Of a DNA stretch of 64,000 bases, positions 1 through 11,383 are shown piece after piece. Where the stretch lies: NCBI GenBank assembly GCA_964019335.1, contig OZ025670.1, positions 248,001 to 312,000 of the forward strand. Reading direction: 5' to 3'. Made by a program: the position numbers and the translations under genes. Below the pieces are notes generated by a model. It saw only the letters and a list, made by a program, of their open reading frames with translations, was not told where the DNA came from and ran no database searches. This DNA is from Diplonema japonicum. Lineage: Eukaryota; Protista; Euglenozoa: Diplonemea. Positions within the stretch are counted from its first letter, which is position 1; every line of letters starts with the position of its first letter.

Positions 1-800
1 AAGACACAGAAGAGAAGCCCTTCTTACTGCTGCTGGTCCGGCTTCTGTTCCCGTTAGTCCTGTTGCCGCGCCTGGTGCTTCTGTTCCCGTTAGTCCTGTT
101 GCCGCGTCTGGTGCTTCTGTTGTTGCCGGTCCTGTGGTTTCTGTTGCCGGTCCCGAAACCTTCACAGATTGCAAAATCAGCAATGCTAGAGGTTGACAAA
201 AGGACAAAGATTATGCGTCCTTTTATTCCTGCCTAGAGTGTCGAGGCTTACCGCAAGCTAACAGAAGCCACAATCCGGGCAGGGTTTGCTTACCTTTTTA
301 ACGATCTCCCACCCGGGTCTGCATCCGTGCCCCCGCCCACTGAGGACGTTCCTGCACCCTCGCCTGGCCCTCCGCCCCCGCCTTCCGAGGTCGGGCAGAA
401 GTGCTGGATGCAGATGCAGGAGTTGACCCGATGGAGATTGATCCATTGGAGCCATTGGGACTGTCAGTCGACCGGAACCAGCACCCGAAGACCCGGATGT
501 GCAGCAGGCTGGCCATTTCTGATGCGCCTTCTTCTGACGAAGAAGCAGAAGAAGAAGAAGAAATGCCTGACCAAGAAGTTTAGTCCTAAGACTAAGCCGG
601 GTGACCCCAAGCCAGCGAACAACGTGACGAGGGTGCCCTGCCCCAACTGCAGCGCAACCCTCAAGCAGGTTAGAAAGGAGAGACCAGGGTGGGAGTGCAC
701 GTAATGCTCTGGTGAGCATGACATGAGCACCCGCGGGGCTATGCGACTATGTGGTGTGCTACGTGTAGGACTGGGCAATAGTGAACTAGAATTGCGGTAA
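1..800 (+). pseudogene. Degenerate coding-like fragment (pseudogene or transposon relic) with Cys motifs
   Basis: GC-rich and free of long homopolymers, like the coding DNA here, but broken by stops and frameshifts: ...ARG*QKDKDYASFYSCLEC, a Pro-rich and acidic stretch, then CPNC...WECT*C. No intact ORF. Confidence 0.4.
41..112 (+). repeat. 36-bp tandem repeat, two copies followed by degenerate partial copies
   Basis: gcttctgttcccgttagtcctgttgccgcg(c/t)ctggt at 41-76 and 77-112. Confidence 0.9.
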
Positions 801-1219
801 TACCACCCCCCCCCGGTTTGTTTTTGTCTTGGGATTATATATTTTTAGGGATATTTTCCGGTATTTTTTTTGTAAATTTTATGTTCTGTTTTAATGGTGT
901 TCTGTAGATATTATGTACCTTTTTCGAATTTTTTGCCCAATTTGGGACTTTTCACATAAACAATATAAGTACAAATCCGGTATTTTTTTTTTGTAACAAA
1001 TTAAAAATTTAAAAAAAAAAAAAGAAGGTTTGTTTTTTCGAGTTCTTCTCAAAGGGGGGAAAAAAAAAGCATGAGGTATTCTTCTTGTCCCCCCCCCCCC
1101 CATTTTTCTTTGAAGTTTCGCTCTAAAAAAAAAAACACAAAAAAAAAAGGCATCCCTCACCTCCCCCTAGTTTTCTTTTTTATTTTTGTTTTTCCAAACA
1201 AAAAAAAAGAAGAAATAAA

Positions 1220-2914
1220 ATGGGATCCGAGAACACGTTCACGTTGAACATCAGTGTGACTCATGATGAGAAGAGGTACCTGGAGGACATAGAGGTCGAA
1301 GGGATTTTAGAGGACATGGTGAAAAGCTTGGTGAAAGCCCGTCCAGAGAAGGTAGAGACGTGGATGCGAGAATGGGACGGGACATCAGATACAACGAAAG
1401 CTGAAGAACGCCTGCCGGAATGGCGTGGCGAGACAAGGGGCTGGGAGGAGCTAGGGAGCGGGACTTACGGAAGGCTGTGGAGCGGTGTGGTAAACAACCA
1501 AAAGCTTCTGTTGGAAGAGGTGTCTGAGGAGTTCAAAAATCTTGTCCACGCATCTCAACCGTTTCCGAAAAACCCGTTTTTGCAAGATTTTTTAGGTTTC
1601 TACCACTCCGAAAATAAAATCTATTCCGCTGCAGCATTCCCAAGCTACACCACTGCCGATGTGTGGGTCTCCTCACTACCGCACAGGAACAAACTCCTCA
1701 CCCTCCACAACCTCCTCACCTTCACCAAAAACATCTCATCCGCTCTGTCAACATTGCATGACCATTGCCTGACACATCACTTTGTTTGCTTGAACAACAT
1801 TTACTTAAACTCTGAAGGGAGCTTTATTCTGTGGGATCCCGGCTTAGAAGCACGTGTTAAGAACCTTCCGAAAAAGGCATTCTCAGAAGATGTGAAGGGA
1901 TTGCAACGGTGTGTCGAGCAGATTGTACAATACAACCAAGGCCCTGCACTGCTAACGAATTGTCCTGAGGAGTTTCTAGAGGTGGTCGAAACCCGTGGTG
2001 AACGTGTAACGGCAATGAGCATCTTACAGAAAGCGGAATCGATCAAAGAGGTGGTCACACAAATCGGTATTGTAACGTCGGAAAATTTCGAAAATCTCGA
2101 GCTCCCTCCTCCCAGTGTAGGGCTGTCCTTTGTAGAGTACAATGCCCCAAGGTTGCAGAGAGAGTTTGCGTCGCTGCTAGCACAGCGTGTTTCGCTTAAC
2201 GTAGATCTGCTGTCGTATTCAGAAGCTGCAGAAACCTCTGAAGAAGTCTTAGAACATCTCGGGGAAGCATTGCTGAACAACAAAAAATGTGTTAAACTAT
2301 CAGTGGCATCCAACACACCGGTAAGCAGCGGCAGTCTTTCCACAGAGTTATTTGTCAGAGCGCTGTCCCGTGAAACGTGTCTTCGTGAGCTTCACATCAC
2401 CGGTGTGAGCTTCTGTCAAGATGCTGTACAAACTATCTTGCAAGAAACAGCGGGTTTGTTTAAGATTTCTTTTGTTTCGAGTAAGTTGCCAAATTGTATC
2501 ACCGGAGTACTACCGTTGTCGTGCTTGACCGATATTGTGTTGTCAAACTGTCGGCTTGAAGATGGTGCTTTGACCGCATTTTTTTCATCACTTTCTAGTC
2601 CTGCCTCCAGGTTGCGGAGTCTTGATTTGTCTTTTAATTGTTTGACCGGACGTACGGGTGTCCTTGTTGCCTCTGCTCTGCACACCAACACATCTCTCAC
2701 TGAACTGTATTTGAAGGGGAACGCGTTGCAGGATGCCGCGGCCGTTGCTATTTCCGATGTTTTGTATGAGAATGACATGTTGAGTGTGTTAGACCTCAGG
2801 ATGAACGGGCTGACGTTGGCGTCCGTGAAGCGGCTGATCGGGTCCTTGGAATGCCGACCTCATGTCAGTAGATATTACACCGAAGGACTGTTTTACTTCG
2901 AGCTGCTGAAGTGA
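1220..2914 (+). CDS. RIIa/Dpy-30-like docking motif + pseudokinase + RI-type leucine-rich-repeat protein
   Basis: 564-aa ORF. N-terminal YLE..VEGILEDMVKSLVKARPE; G-loop LGSGTYGRL but HRD>HHF and DFG>DPG; C-terminal LRRs (LRSLDLSFNCL, LTELYLKGNAL, LSVLDLRMNGL). Confidence 0.75.
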   Translation: MGSENTFTLNISVTHDEKRYLEDIEVEGILEDMVKSLVKARPEKVETWMREWDGTSDTTKAEERLPEWRGETRGWEELGSGTYGRLWSGVVNNQKLLLEEVSEEFKNLVHASQPFPKNPFLQDFLGFYHSENKIYSAAAFPSYTTADVWVSSLPHRNKLLTLHNLLTFTKNISSALSTLHDHCLTHHFVCLNNIYLNSEGSFILWDPGLEARVKNLPKKAFSEDVKGLQRCVEQIVQYNQGPALLTNCPEEFLEVVETRGERVTAMSILQKAESIKEVVTQIGIVTSENFENLELPPPSVGLSFVEYNAPRLQREFASLLAQRVSLNVDLLSYSEAAETSEEVLEHLGEALLNNKKCVKLSVASNTPVSSGSLSTELFVRALSRETCLRELHITGVSFCQDAVQTILQETAGLFKISFVSSKLPNCITGVLPLSCLTDIVLSNCRLEDGALTAFFSSLSSPASRLRSLDLSFNCLTGRTGVLVASALHTNTSLTELYLKGNALQDAAAVAISDVLYENDMLSVLDLRMNGLTLASVKRLIGSLECRPHVSRYYTEGLFYFELLK

Positions 2915-3013
2915 AAAAAAAAATTTTTTTTTTTGTGTTCCCTCACCCGTTTCCCCCCCCTGGCTTACTTCATCACAGTGTTTTTAAAAAAAAAAAAAAG
3001 AAGAAGAGAAAAA

Positions 3014-3580
3014 ATGAACATATTGGAAGAGCAGCTCGACGCGGAGCGTGACATCGACTTCGCGCCACTTGTGCAGCTGAAGAGGGAGGCGTATGGGGAC
3101 AGTGCTACACCGGATTCTGCTTTCGAGCTTGCAATGGTCTTGATTAAGGAAGGTTCGCCATCGGCTTTGGAGGAAGGTGTTAGCCTGTTGGAAATGCTTT
3201 CAGTTGGATTGCTTGAGACAGCACCACAGGAAACAGCACGGCAGCTTGGGTACACCGGCAGGACAGGAGGGGGAAGGAGCGGAGACACTGAAGAGGAGAG
3301 GCTACTGCTGCATTATTACTACTTTATCGCACTGGCGAAATACAAGCAGAAGGAGCTCTCCAGCAGCATCGCGTGTTGCAAGAAGATTCTGAAACTGAAA
3401 CCAAACAACCATCAGGTGTGACGGGAAGGAAAAAAAAAAAAAAAAAAACAGGTACAATCCCTGCTCTCCCTTGCGAGCCGCAAAAATGAAGAGGAGCTTA
3501 TCAAAACTGGTATCCTTGCTGGCATTGCCACCACCGCTCTGGGAATCGGGATACTTGTCCTCAAAGGACGGAAAAAATAA
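3014..3580 (+). CDS. FIS1: Mitochondrial fission protein Fis1 (tail-anchored TPR protein)
   Basis: FELAMVLI..EEGVSLL and YYFIALAKYK..PNNHQ. Removing intron 3416-3451 gives VQSL..TGILAGIATTALGIGILVLKGRKK* (TM plus basic tail). Confidence 0.85.
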
Positions 3581-3910
3581 AATGAAGGAGGAAAAAAGAA
3601 AAAGAGAGCACACGAGAACGAGGACGAGAAAAAAAAACAAACACACGGAGTACCCCCCCCACCCTATCCTGGGGGGGAAACTGAAATTAAAAAAGAGGTT
3701 TAAAAAAAAAAAAAGGTGTATTGAGATACTCCATGATACCTTTCCCTCTCCCTTTTTTTTTTTTTTTAAATCTTTTTGCAAACATGCACGGATCAAAAAA
3801 AAAAAAAAATCATATAACAGTCCCTCCACCCACTAGAATATGATCGCGAGCAGACTCCGGTAATAAATAAAAAAAAGAATATAAAAGAAAAAAAAGGGGG
3901 TGAAGGAGAA

Positions 3911-4595
3911 ATGTCCAAGGGGAATGAGGGCGCTGTGGGCAAAGCGTTCAGGGACACGTTGGTGGGGGGCAAGTTTAAGGTCGGGAAAAAAATTGGGGCT
4001 GGGAGCTTCGGGGAAATCTATAACGCGCAGAATGAAACCACAGGGGAGATGCTAGCGATGAAGCTAGAGATGAGCAGCGCAAAATACCCCCAACTGGTCA
4101 ATGAAGCAATTGTATACAAAACGCTCAACGCTAACGGTTCCCGTGTTGGGATTCCAAGACTGCACTGGTACGGAACGGAGGGCGAGTACAATATAATGAT
4201 AATAGACCTGCTAGGGCCGTCCTTAGAAGACCTGTTTACCTTTTGCCGAAGGAAGTTTTCGGTCAAAACGGTACTCCTCCTTGCAGACCAGATGCTGCAA
4301 AGGATCGAACTGCTGCACAGGCACAACTACATACACCGGGACATAAAGCCTGATAATTTTCTGCTGGGTTTGGGGAAGTGTGGACACATAGTGTACTCGG
4401 TGTGGATTGTGGGAAGGAAGGGAAAAAAAAAAAAAAGAAAAAAAAAAAAAAAAAAAAGATCGACCTTGGGCTCGCAAAGCGATACTACAACCACAACCAC
4501 CACATCCCTTATAGGGAAGGGAAGAGTCTTGCCGGGACTGCCCGATATGTGTCCATTAACACACATGCTGGTTATGAGCAGGTAAGGAAAGGGGG

Positions 4596-4639
<44 letters not shown>

Positions 4640-5178
4640 AAGAGATGACATCGAGAGCATCGGTTACGTTTTGCTGTACTTCTTGAGAGGAGGCCTTCCT
4701 TGGCAAAATGTAAAGGCGGCGACGAAAAAGGAGAAATATGACCAAATCAGGTTTGCCGGAGAGATTTTTTTTTTAAACATAACATGTCCCCCCCTTTTTT
4801 TTTTGCAGTAAAAAGAAAAGCACCTATTCTGTTGAGAAGCTGTGCCTTGGGCTACCTAACGAGTTTGCGTATTACATCAACTATGCTAGATCTTTGAAGT
4901 TTGAGGTGTGTTGTGGGGAGAAAAAAAAAAGGAAAAAAAAAAAAAAAAGGATGTTCCTGCTTACCAGAAGCTGCGAGACATGCTCAGAAAACTTTACGAG
5001 ACATATAGTCAAGTATGCACAAAAAGAAAAAAAAAAAAAAGAAAGAAAAAAAAAAAAAAAAACACAGCAAGTAGATTACGAGTACGACTGGATACTTCTG
5101 AAACAGAAATTAAAATTAGATGTGACGCAGAACGCTATGAGCAAAGCTGGGAAGCAACGTTCTGAGACTCGCAGTTGA
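3911..5178 (+). CDS. Casein kinase 1 family protein kinase
   Basis: [31 protein letters not shown]. Introns 4400-4458, 4582-4634, 4751-4808, 4906-4949 and 5013-5067 restore [41 protein letters not shown] and DYEYDW. Confidence 0.95.
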
Positions 5179-6419
5179 AAAAAACGATGAATGACGAAGA
5201 GGAAACAAAATAAAATAAGAAAAGGATGAAATTTCTGCAGCCCCTCCCCTCTTCTTATTTCTGTATCTGAAGGAATGAAAGAAGGGAGAGAGAAAAGGGG
5301 GGGAAGCTCAGAAAAAGATGAAGGGGGGAGGAGGGGGTGCGAATTGAATTTAAAATTTGAAAAAATATTAAAAAAGAGGAAGAAAAAAAAAAAGAGCAGC
5401 AAATAATAAAAAAAAAAAATAGAACAAAATGAAGAGGGGTGAAGAGAGAGAAGGAGCCCCTTCCCCCCCTTCCTTGTATCTTCGTCCGGAAAAAAAAAAT
5501 GTCAAACACACTACTTTGTGTACAGGAAAAAAAAAAGAAAAAAAAAAAAAAAGTGTTTGGCCAATTTTAATCCGGACGAACTATATATTGTTAACTGTTG
5601 GACTGTTGCGGCCTTCTTAACAGGCCGAATACGACTTCGCACAAGGTGGGTACGGTACCGTGTCGAATTTACCTATATATTTTTTTTTTGTTTTTTTTTT
5701 TTGTATCCTTTTCCCCCCCCCGGCTTCCCACTTCCCGTGGTTGCCTGAGTAGGCCCACTTAATCCCGCACTACACAAGTGGTACTTTTTTTTTCCCCTGC
5801 TTTGTCATACACTCCATTACCCCCCCCCCCCCCCCCCCCAGAACTGAAACCGTAAAAAAAGTTTTTTTGCCACGATAAAACCGTATTTTTTCAACAACCC
5901 CCCCCCCCCCCCCCCCCCCCAGGACCCTCCCTTTACGTACCTGCTTTGCAGGCATCTGTCATGGTGCGCTGGAATTTGTGAGAAATTGGCTTTTTTTGTA
6001 GGAATGAAAAAAAAAGAAAACAAAGAGAGAAGCAAAAAAAAAAGGAGCAAATGTCATTCGGGCGGGTGGGGGGGGGGGGGGGGGGTCCGAGTTCCGATCT
6101 GTTGTCGGAACAACTCGGTCCGGTTGTCTTAAAAAAAAAAGTTGGGGCACGTGGTGCGGTGATCCTTTTTTATATCCCCTCTCTTTTTTTTACCCCCTCT
6201 TTTGCATTAAGAGGCCATATGAATACAAAAAAAAAAGAAAAAAGAAACTCTTTTTTGTAGCAACAAATAAGAAAAAGAAAGGTAGAACACACAAACCATC
6301 ACCAATCCCCCCCCCCCCCCCCCCACCTTTTGTTTTGGTTTCTTTTTCTTTTCTTTTAAAAATTCTTCTTCCAACCGGGATATAAATGGACCAAAGCGTG
6401 GGGGGGGGGAGAGGGGGAA

Positions 6420-7121
6420 ATGGACCGTGAGGAGGAAATAATTGCATGCAGTTTTTGCTTTTCGAAGAGCGACAGAGGCGATATGATATCCCCGTGTTCC
6501 TGCAAGGGGTCCTTGAAGTGGGTGCACCGAACCTGCTTGGATCGGTGGCGGCAGCACGCCTCCGATGTGAGTAGGTGCCCAACATGCAAATATGTGTATA
6601 AAACTGAGCCCGCTGGCATGGTAAGGTGGATGGCTGCAGTATTGAACGAGTTTCGGAGGTGTGCAGTTGTAATAATTTTATTTGAAGGCTCCAGTGAGGT
6701 AGCTGAGTGGGTAGCGAAATATGCCACAGACGTCCTTGGGTACAGCGGTATCTCAGAGGTCCCAGAAGGGAGGATTTTCCAGTCCGTGTTTACTAGCGCC
6801 GCACACCATTTTGCCCAACAGCTGTTACTCCGTACCATCTCCAGAGTCACGCGGGGGTCGTTTCCTCTTGTTGACGATATCATAGAACCTGTTACTCTCC
6901 CAGCCGTCCTGTGCTCTGCACGCCAGGGTATCACCATGCTCTGCCTGCGCCAGTGCCTCCCGACCCATGGCCGTGATTTCGACACCTTCTTTTCCTTTAA
7001 TTATCTAGCCACGCTGCCTGTCATTTTAAGACGGCTTGTGTTGCAAAGCTACCAGAGAATCCTCAACGAGGCCACCAACAACCTGCTTATCCTCGAATGC
7101 GAGACGGTGTCTGACACTTGA
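6420..7121 (+). CDS. RING-CH (RINGv/MARCH-type) E3 ligase domain protein
   Basis: CSFC..ISPCSCKGSLKWVHRTCLDRW..CPTC. Confidence 0.85.
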   Translation: MDREEEIIACSFCFSKSDRGDMISPCSCKGSLKWVHRTCLDRWRQHASDVSRCPTCKYVYKTEPAGMVRWMAAVLNEFRRCAVVIILFEGSSEVAEWVAKYATDVLGYSGISEVPEGRIFQSVFTSAAHHFAQQLLLRTISRVTRGSFPLVDDIIEPVTLPAVLCSARQGITMLCLRQCLPTHGRDFDTFFSFNYLATLPVILRRLVLQSYQRILNEATNNLLILECETVSDT

Positions 7122-7125
7122 CACT

Positions 7126-7176
<51 letters not shown>

Positions 7177-7255
7177 TATATATATATATAGCAAACTTAA
7201 CAAAAAGGTAATCGTGTGGGGCGCAATACAAAAAGGAAAAAAAAAAAGAAAAAAA

Positions 7256-9070
7256 ATGTCGGATACATGGGTAGAGAAGGGTCCTACAGCACCACTGTCA
7301 ACCGAAAAATCAAGAGAAGTATGGGGAGGGTGTTTTTTTTTTTTAAAAAAAAATTAAAAAAAAAAAACAAAATTTATTTTTTTTTCAATAGTCCCTAACC
7401 CCGTTTACCGAAAGATACGAAACGCTGATCGAGACGACGAAGGAGACGAAGGAGGACAGCCAGCTCCGTGAGAGAGTCCTGGCATGGGTCGACGACATCG
7501 TGAAGAAGTGGGTCGTCGCCGAGGCCACGAACAAAGGGTTCAGACCGGAAGACGCAAAGAGCATCGGGGGCAGGATCTTCTCCTTCGGGTCCTACCGTCT
7601 AGGCGTGCACGGCCCAGGAGCGGACATCGACACTTTAGTGTTAACACCGAGACACGTTTCACGCGAAGAATTCTTCAACACTTTACAAGACGAGCTTAAA
7701 GCATCACCTAGAGTAACAGAGCTTGTAGGTGTACCAGACGCAGCAACACCTTTGATCAAGCTCAAAGTGGACGGCATCAGCCTCGACTTGCTATTTGCAT
7801 CGTTGGATGTAAACAGTATTCCAAACGATTTCGAGGTTCTAGCCGACAGCGTACTAAAGGGCGTCGACCAGCAAACACAACGATCCTTGAACGGAACCCG
7901 TGTGGCTACACAAATGCTGAAATGTGTTCCAAATGTTCACGTTTTTCGATCCGTTCTCCGAGGAATTAAGAAATGGGCTCAAAACCGCGGTGTGTACGGA
8001 AATGTATACGGATATCCAGGGGGCGTCGCCTGGGCGATTTTAGTAGCAAGAGTGTGTCAGTTGTACCCGAACATGTCTTCGGGCGAGGTTTTTCTGAAAT
8101 TTTTCGCGTTTCACAAGAACTGGTGGAAACCCGATCCTGATATGAATAAATCGCCAAACAACCCGGTGTACCTCCAGTCAACGCTTGACATCGGTGAGAA
8201 TAAATACGGTTTCAAAATATGGAACAGAAGGGTTCACCAGGAAGACAGACGCGACACCTTCCCCATCATCACACCGTGCTACCCGGCCATGAACGCTTGT
8301 TACAACGTGTCTATCCCTACACTCCGTGTCATGTGTGGAGAATTCGAGCGGGCTGTAATGCTGATTAACGAGTCTGGTCCGGACCATGAAAACCTGTCAT
8401 TTACCGAACTGATGCAGCCTGTTGATTTTTTCAAGAAATACACCACGTATCTTAAGATAATCGCTGGTTCGTCAGATCTTGAAAATGGTCGGCGTTGGGC
8501 CGGGTTTGTTGAGTCTCGCCTACGCCGGCTTCTCATCCAGTTGAACTTGATACAAGGTTTGCGTGTACATCTTCTTCCCAAGGAATTCTGCCTTGACATC
8601 CCTTCCGAGTCCCATCCGGAAGAAGCTGTCTCCCATGTGTGGTTTATCGGGTTAGATACTTCTCTGTTGACCAAGCGGGACATCCCTCTAGACACGGCGT
8701 GGAATGTTTATTTAAGTCACATCACGGGGCCTACTGTGAAGTTCGAACGGAGTCCTGGTATGTTCGAGCCGCGGCTTGTCATCATCAAGCGAAAAGATTT
8801 GCCCACCGAGGCAGGATTTGCGTTGTCGCCGGAGGATATCACAGACATCTCAAGGTTGTTGGTGCAGCATAAGAAGGAGCGGAAAAAGAGAAAGCGACTG
8901 TCGGAACAACAAGAAGCTGCGAAACCGCCCGATTCCCCTGCATTCCGGCCAACCTGCGACGTTCCTGAAATTGACGCGCCGAAGGTATGTTACAAGGGAG
9001 GGAGGATAAAAAAAAATGATAGGCATCGGCAACACCATCACCGAAAAAGCGAGCGAGCACACCGAGAAAG

Positions 9071-9121
<51 letters not shown>

Positions 9122-9168
9122 AGAAATCCCTCACCGATCAACTCATTGCTGATGCATATGGGTTTTAG
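7256..9168 (+). CDS. PAP: Canonical nuclear poly(A) polymerase
   Basis: FGSYRLGVHGPGADIDTL, SLNGTRV, GYPGGVAWAILVARVCQLYPN, PIITPCYPAMN, GFVESRLR. Introns 7319-7391, 8985-9022 and 9071-9123; ends KSLTDQLIADAYGF*. Confidence 0.95.
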
Positions 9169-9511
9169 TCCTAACCAACAAATGAATTTTTTTTTTTTTG
9201 CCTTTTCTTTGGGGAAAAAAAAAACAATACGGAGAGAGATGCAGGGAGAGATAAAAGAGAAAGAGCAACTTTTTAAAATTAGTTGCCACAACAAAATGCC
9301 GCGACTGTTGTCGCTGGTATGGAAGAGAGAGAGAGGGGGGAAGGGGGAGGGGGAGGGGGGGGGGGGGGGGGGGGGTGGAAAGGATGGGGTGAATATCCCC
9401 CCTTTTTTTCATGTTTTTTTTTCTTCTTCTTCTCTTTGTTGCTTTTTGCCTTATTTCTCAGAAAAAAAGAAGAATCAATAGGATATTAAAAAAAAAAAAA
9501 AAAAAAAAAAA

Positions 9512-10318
9512 ATGTCTGCGCTCGGACCCAAATCGGCTCTTGACAAGAGCAAGTATTCACCCCTCACAGCCCCAGACGGGTTTGAATATCAAGGCTTGCC
9601 TGATAACATTAAAGAGGGATTGGAGCTGCTATGGAACGGTGATATCAGCAAGGAAAGGAAAAAGGAATTGACGCAGTGGGACAAGAGCATTCGGCTAGCC
9701 ATGAAACTTGGCCAGCAAGCAGTGGCAGACCCGCCGTTAGCAAGAGAAATTCGCGAGGCAAAAATGAGTCAAAGGTTTGTTGCTACAAAAGGCGGCAGTG
9801 AAGGCTGGGGTGCTGAAAACAGACCAGTCGGCCACCGACAAGGCGCCATGCCTAAATTCGGTGGCTGGGCCGACAGGGTCCCCGGTTCAGCCCCCCCAGT
9901 TAAACAGCAAAAAAAAAGTATGTCGAATCGGGGGGGTTTTTTTTTTGTTTACAATATCCTTACAGCTCGCGATCTCAATGGACCTGTCCCCGGTGCCGAG
10001 CCTGTGGCCCAGCCGGCCGAGAAAAAAGAGAAGAAAAAGAAGGAGAAGAAGGAGAAGGAGCTCAAGGAAGAGAAGCACGACTTCACCGGGAAGGCCTACC
10101 CGGACTGCCCCAAGGCCCTACGGAACATCAGCAAAAAGGCGAAACAAGTCGAGAAAATAATAGAAGACGGGCCCAAGGACGACGCACAGAAGGAAAAGGT
10201 GAAACAGCTTCCGCAACTGAAAGCCGAGGTTGCTTACCTGCAGGTAATAAAGGGAAAAAAAAAAAAAAAAACAAACTCTCCGCAGGCGCTGGTGGACAAG
10301 GGCGTGGAATCACAGTGA
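9512..10318 (+). CDS. Hypothetical protein with a C-terminal PYM1/eIF2A-tail-like helical motif
   Basis: ORF with two in-frame probable introns (9918-9965, 10244-10285); motif KALRNISKKAKQVEKI..QKEKVKQLPQLKAEV. Confidence 0.55.
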   Translation: MSALGPKSALDKSKYSPLTAPDGFEYQGLPDNIKEGLELLWNGDISKERKKELTQWDKSIRLAMKLGQQAVADPPLAREIREAKMSQRFVATKGGSEGWGAENRPVGHRQGAMPKFGGWADRVPGSAPPVKQQKKSMSNRGGFFFVYNILTARDLNGPVPGAEPVAQPAEKKEKKKKEKKEKELKEEKHDFTGKAYPDCPKALRNISKKAKQVEKIIEDGPKDDAQKEKVKQLPQLKAEVAYLQVIKGKKKKKTNSPQALVDKGVESQ

Positions 10319-10397
10319 ATGTAGCAGTTCTACTAATGTTTTTTGTCCCCCCCCCCCCCCCGGTCTTGTAAAAAAAAAGCTATACTAGTCCAAGGTG

Positions 10398-11273
10398 ATG
10401 CAGGCCTTTGTACGGGTCATGCGTGAGGCAAGCTTGACACCTGTCACGATCGAATCATGGATGGCGGTAGGGGACTTGAAAGAGATTGTTGAGAAGGTGA
10501 GCGGAGTGAGCAGGGAAGGCATGGTGCTGACTGTGAATGGAGACAACATCCATGGTGACGATTGCAGTATAGGGGACACGGGCCTTGAGGCTGAAGGTGT
10601 CATCGACGTGTTGCTGACAGAGAAAGAAGCAGCCCTGCGCAAGCTGCAGTGGGTGGGTGTGACATCTGTGGACATCGATGGGCTCTGCGATGCTGTGATG
10701 AACGGTGAAGAGGACGTCGCCCGTCTGATGCTGCAGGCAGGTGTTTCACTCGACTCGCACACGCGTGCCGGGTGGCCAGTTGTTATTGCCGTCACAACGC
10801 AAAATAACGTCGATGGTATCCTGCTGCTTGCGTCTCTGGGTGCTGACCTTGACAAGCCCGACACCTTTGGGTTCACCGCACTCATGGACTCCACCCTTGG
10901 TGACAGGTACGACATGGCAGCTGCGCTACTTTCTGCGGGAGCTGATGTGGACGCCCCTGGAAGCCATGACAAAACCCCACTCATGCTTCTCAGCAGCAAG
11001 CAGAGCAGCACGGCGATGGCCGACCTCCTCCTCTCACATGGCGCCTCCGTCACTGCCACCGATGATGCCCGCAGGACAGCCCTCATGCACGCTGCTGCTT
11101 CGGGCAACGCTGCCGTGGCACACCACCTCCTCCGCCATGGTGCTGACCCCACCGCCGCAGATATTTACAACAAGCGCCCTTACCTCATCGCACGCGCACA
11201 GGGACACACTTCCCTCTCACGGTATCTGGAGGACAGCGCTCTGGCGTGGCGCAGCAGGGGGTCCTCACCGTGA
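10398..11273 (+). CDS. Ubiquitin-like domain + ankyrin repeat protein
   Basis: N-terminal Ubl-like VGDLKEIVEKVSGV..SIGDTGL; ankyrin repeats GFTALM, KTPLM, RTALMHAAASGN..LLRHGAD. Confidence 0.85.
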   Translation: MQAFVRVMREASLTPVTIESWMAVGDLKEIVEKVSGVSREGMVLTVNGDNIHGDDCSIGDTGLEAEGVIDVLLTEKEAALRKLQWVGVTSVDIDGLCDAVMNGEEDVARLMLQAGVSLDSHTRAGWPVVIAVTTQNNVDGILLLASLGADLDKPDTFGFTALMDSTLGDRYDMAAALLSAGADVDAPGSHDKTPLMLLSSKQSSTAMADLLLSHGASVTATDDARRTALMHAAASGNAAVAHHLLRHGADPTAADIYNKRPYLIARAQGHTSLSRYLEDSALAWRSRGSSP

Positions 11274-11383
11274 ATATTTATACAGATGCATGCTTCATTA
11301 TCTTGCATTTATTATTTTATTATTATTATTATTATTTTTTGTTTTAACGTGTTCCACTAACACAACACAACACAACACAGGAA

